64,000 bases of DNA from Candidatus Poribacteria bacterium (lineage in GTDB: Bacteria > Poribacteria > WGA-4E > WGA-3G), in the NCBI GenBank assembly GCA_965205015.1, contig OZ242029.1:5120001-5184000 (forward strand). The letters run 5' to 3'. Below the pieces are notes generated by a model that had not been told where the DNA came from, ran no database searches, and was given only the letters and a program-made list of their open reading frames with translations. A program made the translations under genes and the position numbers. Positions 62,835 to 64,000 of this stretch are shown piece by piece. Positions within the stretch are counted from its first letter, which is position 1, and each line of letters opens with the position of its first letter.

Positions 62835-64000
62835 GTCACTTACCCCCATTTTTTTTCGAGAGTAGATTGTAGTTGATGTAGTCAGGTTTTTCTGTGAGAA
62901 AGTCAGTCAGTGAGTGGGTCCGAAAAGTGGATCCCCTCTGGCACCTATCTCGGTGAAAAAGGAGATAAGAAAGTGTTGGTTCCATAAGTCGGTGAGCACG
63001 CGTTTGATAATAGTAATAACAGAAAAAGTTTTTCTGTTATTACTATTATATGCCCTCTGCCAATGCGTAGAGGCGACCTTCTCGTAACTGATAAACAGCA
63101 ATCCATAAGCGAGGCAGGCACATAACCAAAGGACCTCCAGACGCGCTTGTGTCGGTTTTTTCAAGACGAGTTTACCAAATCCGAAGCACGACTTTATATC
63201 TCGAAACCCGTGTTCAATCTGCATGCGGCGTTTGTAGCAGTGATGTATCTGATGTCCACTGAGGCGATTGGAGATAAGATACATCGGGTCTTTGAAGGTC
63301 TCATCTCTGAGGATATAGAGTTGAAGCGGTATCTGCTCCTGCGCCTGATAAAGGATATGCCGATACCAGCCCGCTTCGAGGTCATCAAGTTTCTTCAGAC
63401 TCCCATCATGCCGGATACCGACATTTCTCGCAACACGCATCACGAACGGGATATCCCGTGCCTTGAGAAACTTGATGACGTATCGCGCACGCCCAAAACC
63501 ACGGTCAAACACCAGAACAGGTCGTTGTTGATGCCGCGACACCACCCCTAAAGCCTCTTGATAAACATGGACACAGAAGTATTGGATAATCTCATTATGA
63601 CTCTTATAGATACCCTCGTGAAGCTGGTGATCGCTATAGATGAACCAAAAGACAGGGATCGCACGATGCCGAAACGGGATCGAAACAACAAGGGCTTTCC
63701 ACCCGGCAATCAGAGACGTCTCATCAACGAGCAAATACAGATGAGCACCCGCATCCTTGAAAAACCAACCCACAACCGACACGAACCACGCTTCTTTGAG
63801 CGCATCAATCGGCAGTGGGGTGTCAAGGAAACGCAGAAACCTTTTCTGTTTCGACTTCTCCCGCTTGACGACGAGCGACAAACGCGACGCAACTTCATTG
63901 ATCCGAAACGTCGGGGCAACACTGATCGCTATCAAGACCAATACCAGATTCCGAAAAACCGGTTTTTTCATACCAACAGACTTGAAGATTTCTCCAAAAC
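62835..64000 (-). mobile_element. Second, diverged copy of the IS4-like element (runs off the window)
   Basis: TIR GTCACTTACCCCCATTTTTTTT at 62835; transposase ORF ending at 62907 is closely similar to 47954..49099. Confidence 0.92.

Overview
A 64-kb bacterial chromosomal segment. It is probably from Candidatus Poribacteria or a relative; this is inferred from secreted proteins ending in the 'AVxPxxKLxTTWGxxK'-type motif, WD40/PhyH/ThuA/sulfatase-like genes and dense REP-like repeats. Housekeeping blocks (ABC ATPase, Cof hydrolase, minCDE, larA, bioD; hflKC, yjjX, thiC, glcB, argH, pyrF) flank a ~23.5-kb defence island. The island holds a WYL regulator, a complete type I-D CRISPR-Cas operon (cas3', cas10d with an internal cas11d start, csc2, csc1, cas6, cas4-cas1 fusion, cas2) and an array of ~105 repeats whose trailer end is cut by an IS3 fragment. 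It is bracketed by a 140-bp direct repeat derived from the 3' end of a type I restriction hsdR gene. The most striking unexplained feature lies between wyl and cas3: three tandem ~100-nt units (15514-15857) with their own minus-strand sigma70-like promoter and strand-specific covariation supporting a multi-stem RNA fold. A second candidate ~50-nt small RNA with a similar closing stem lies on the other side of wyl. Together these suggest an undescribed WYL/ncRNA module attached to a CRISPR-Cas locus. Also present: two copies of an IS4-like element, a MazF-type TA pair, internally deleted gene relics and an orphan phage-like DUF2280 gene. All calls were made by eye; no searches or folding programs were run.
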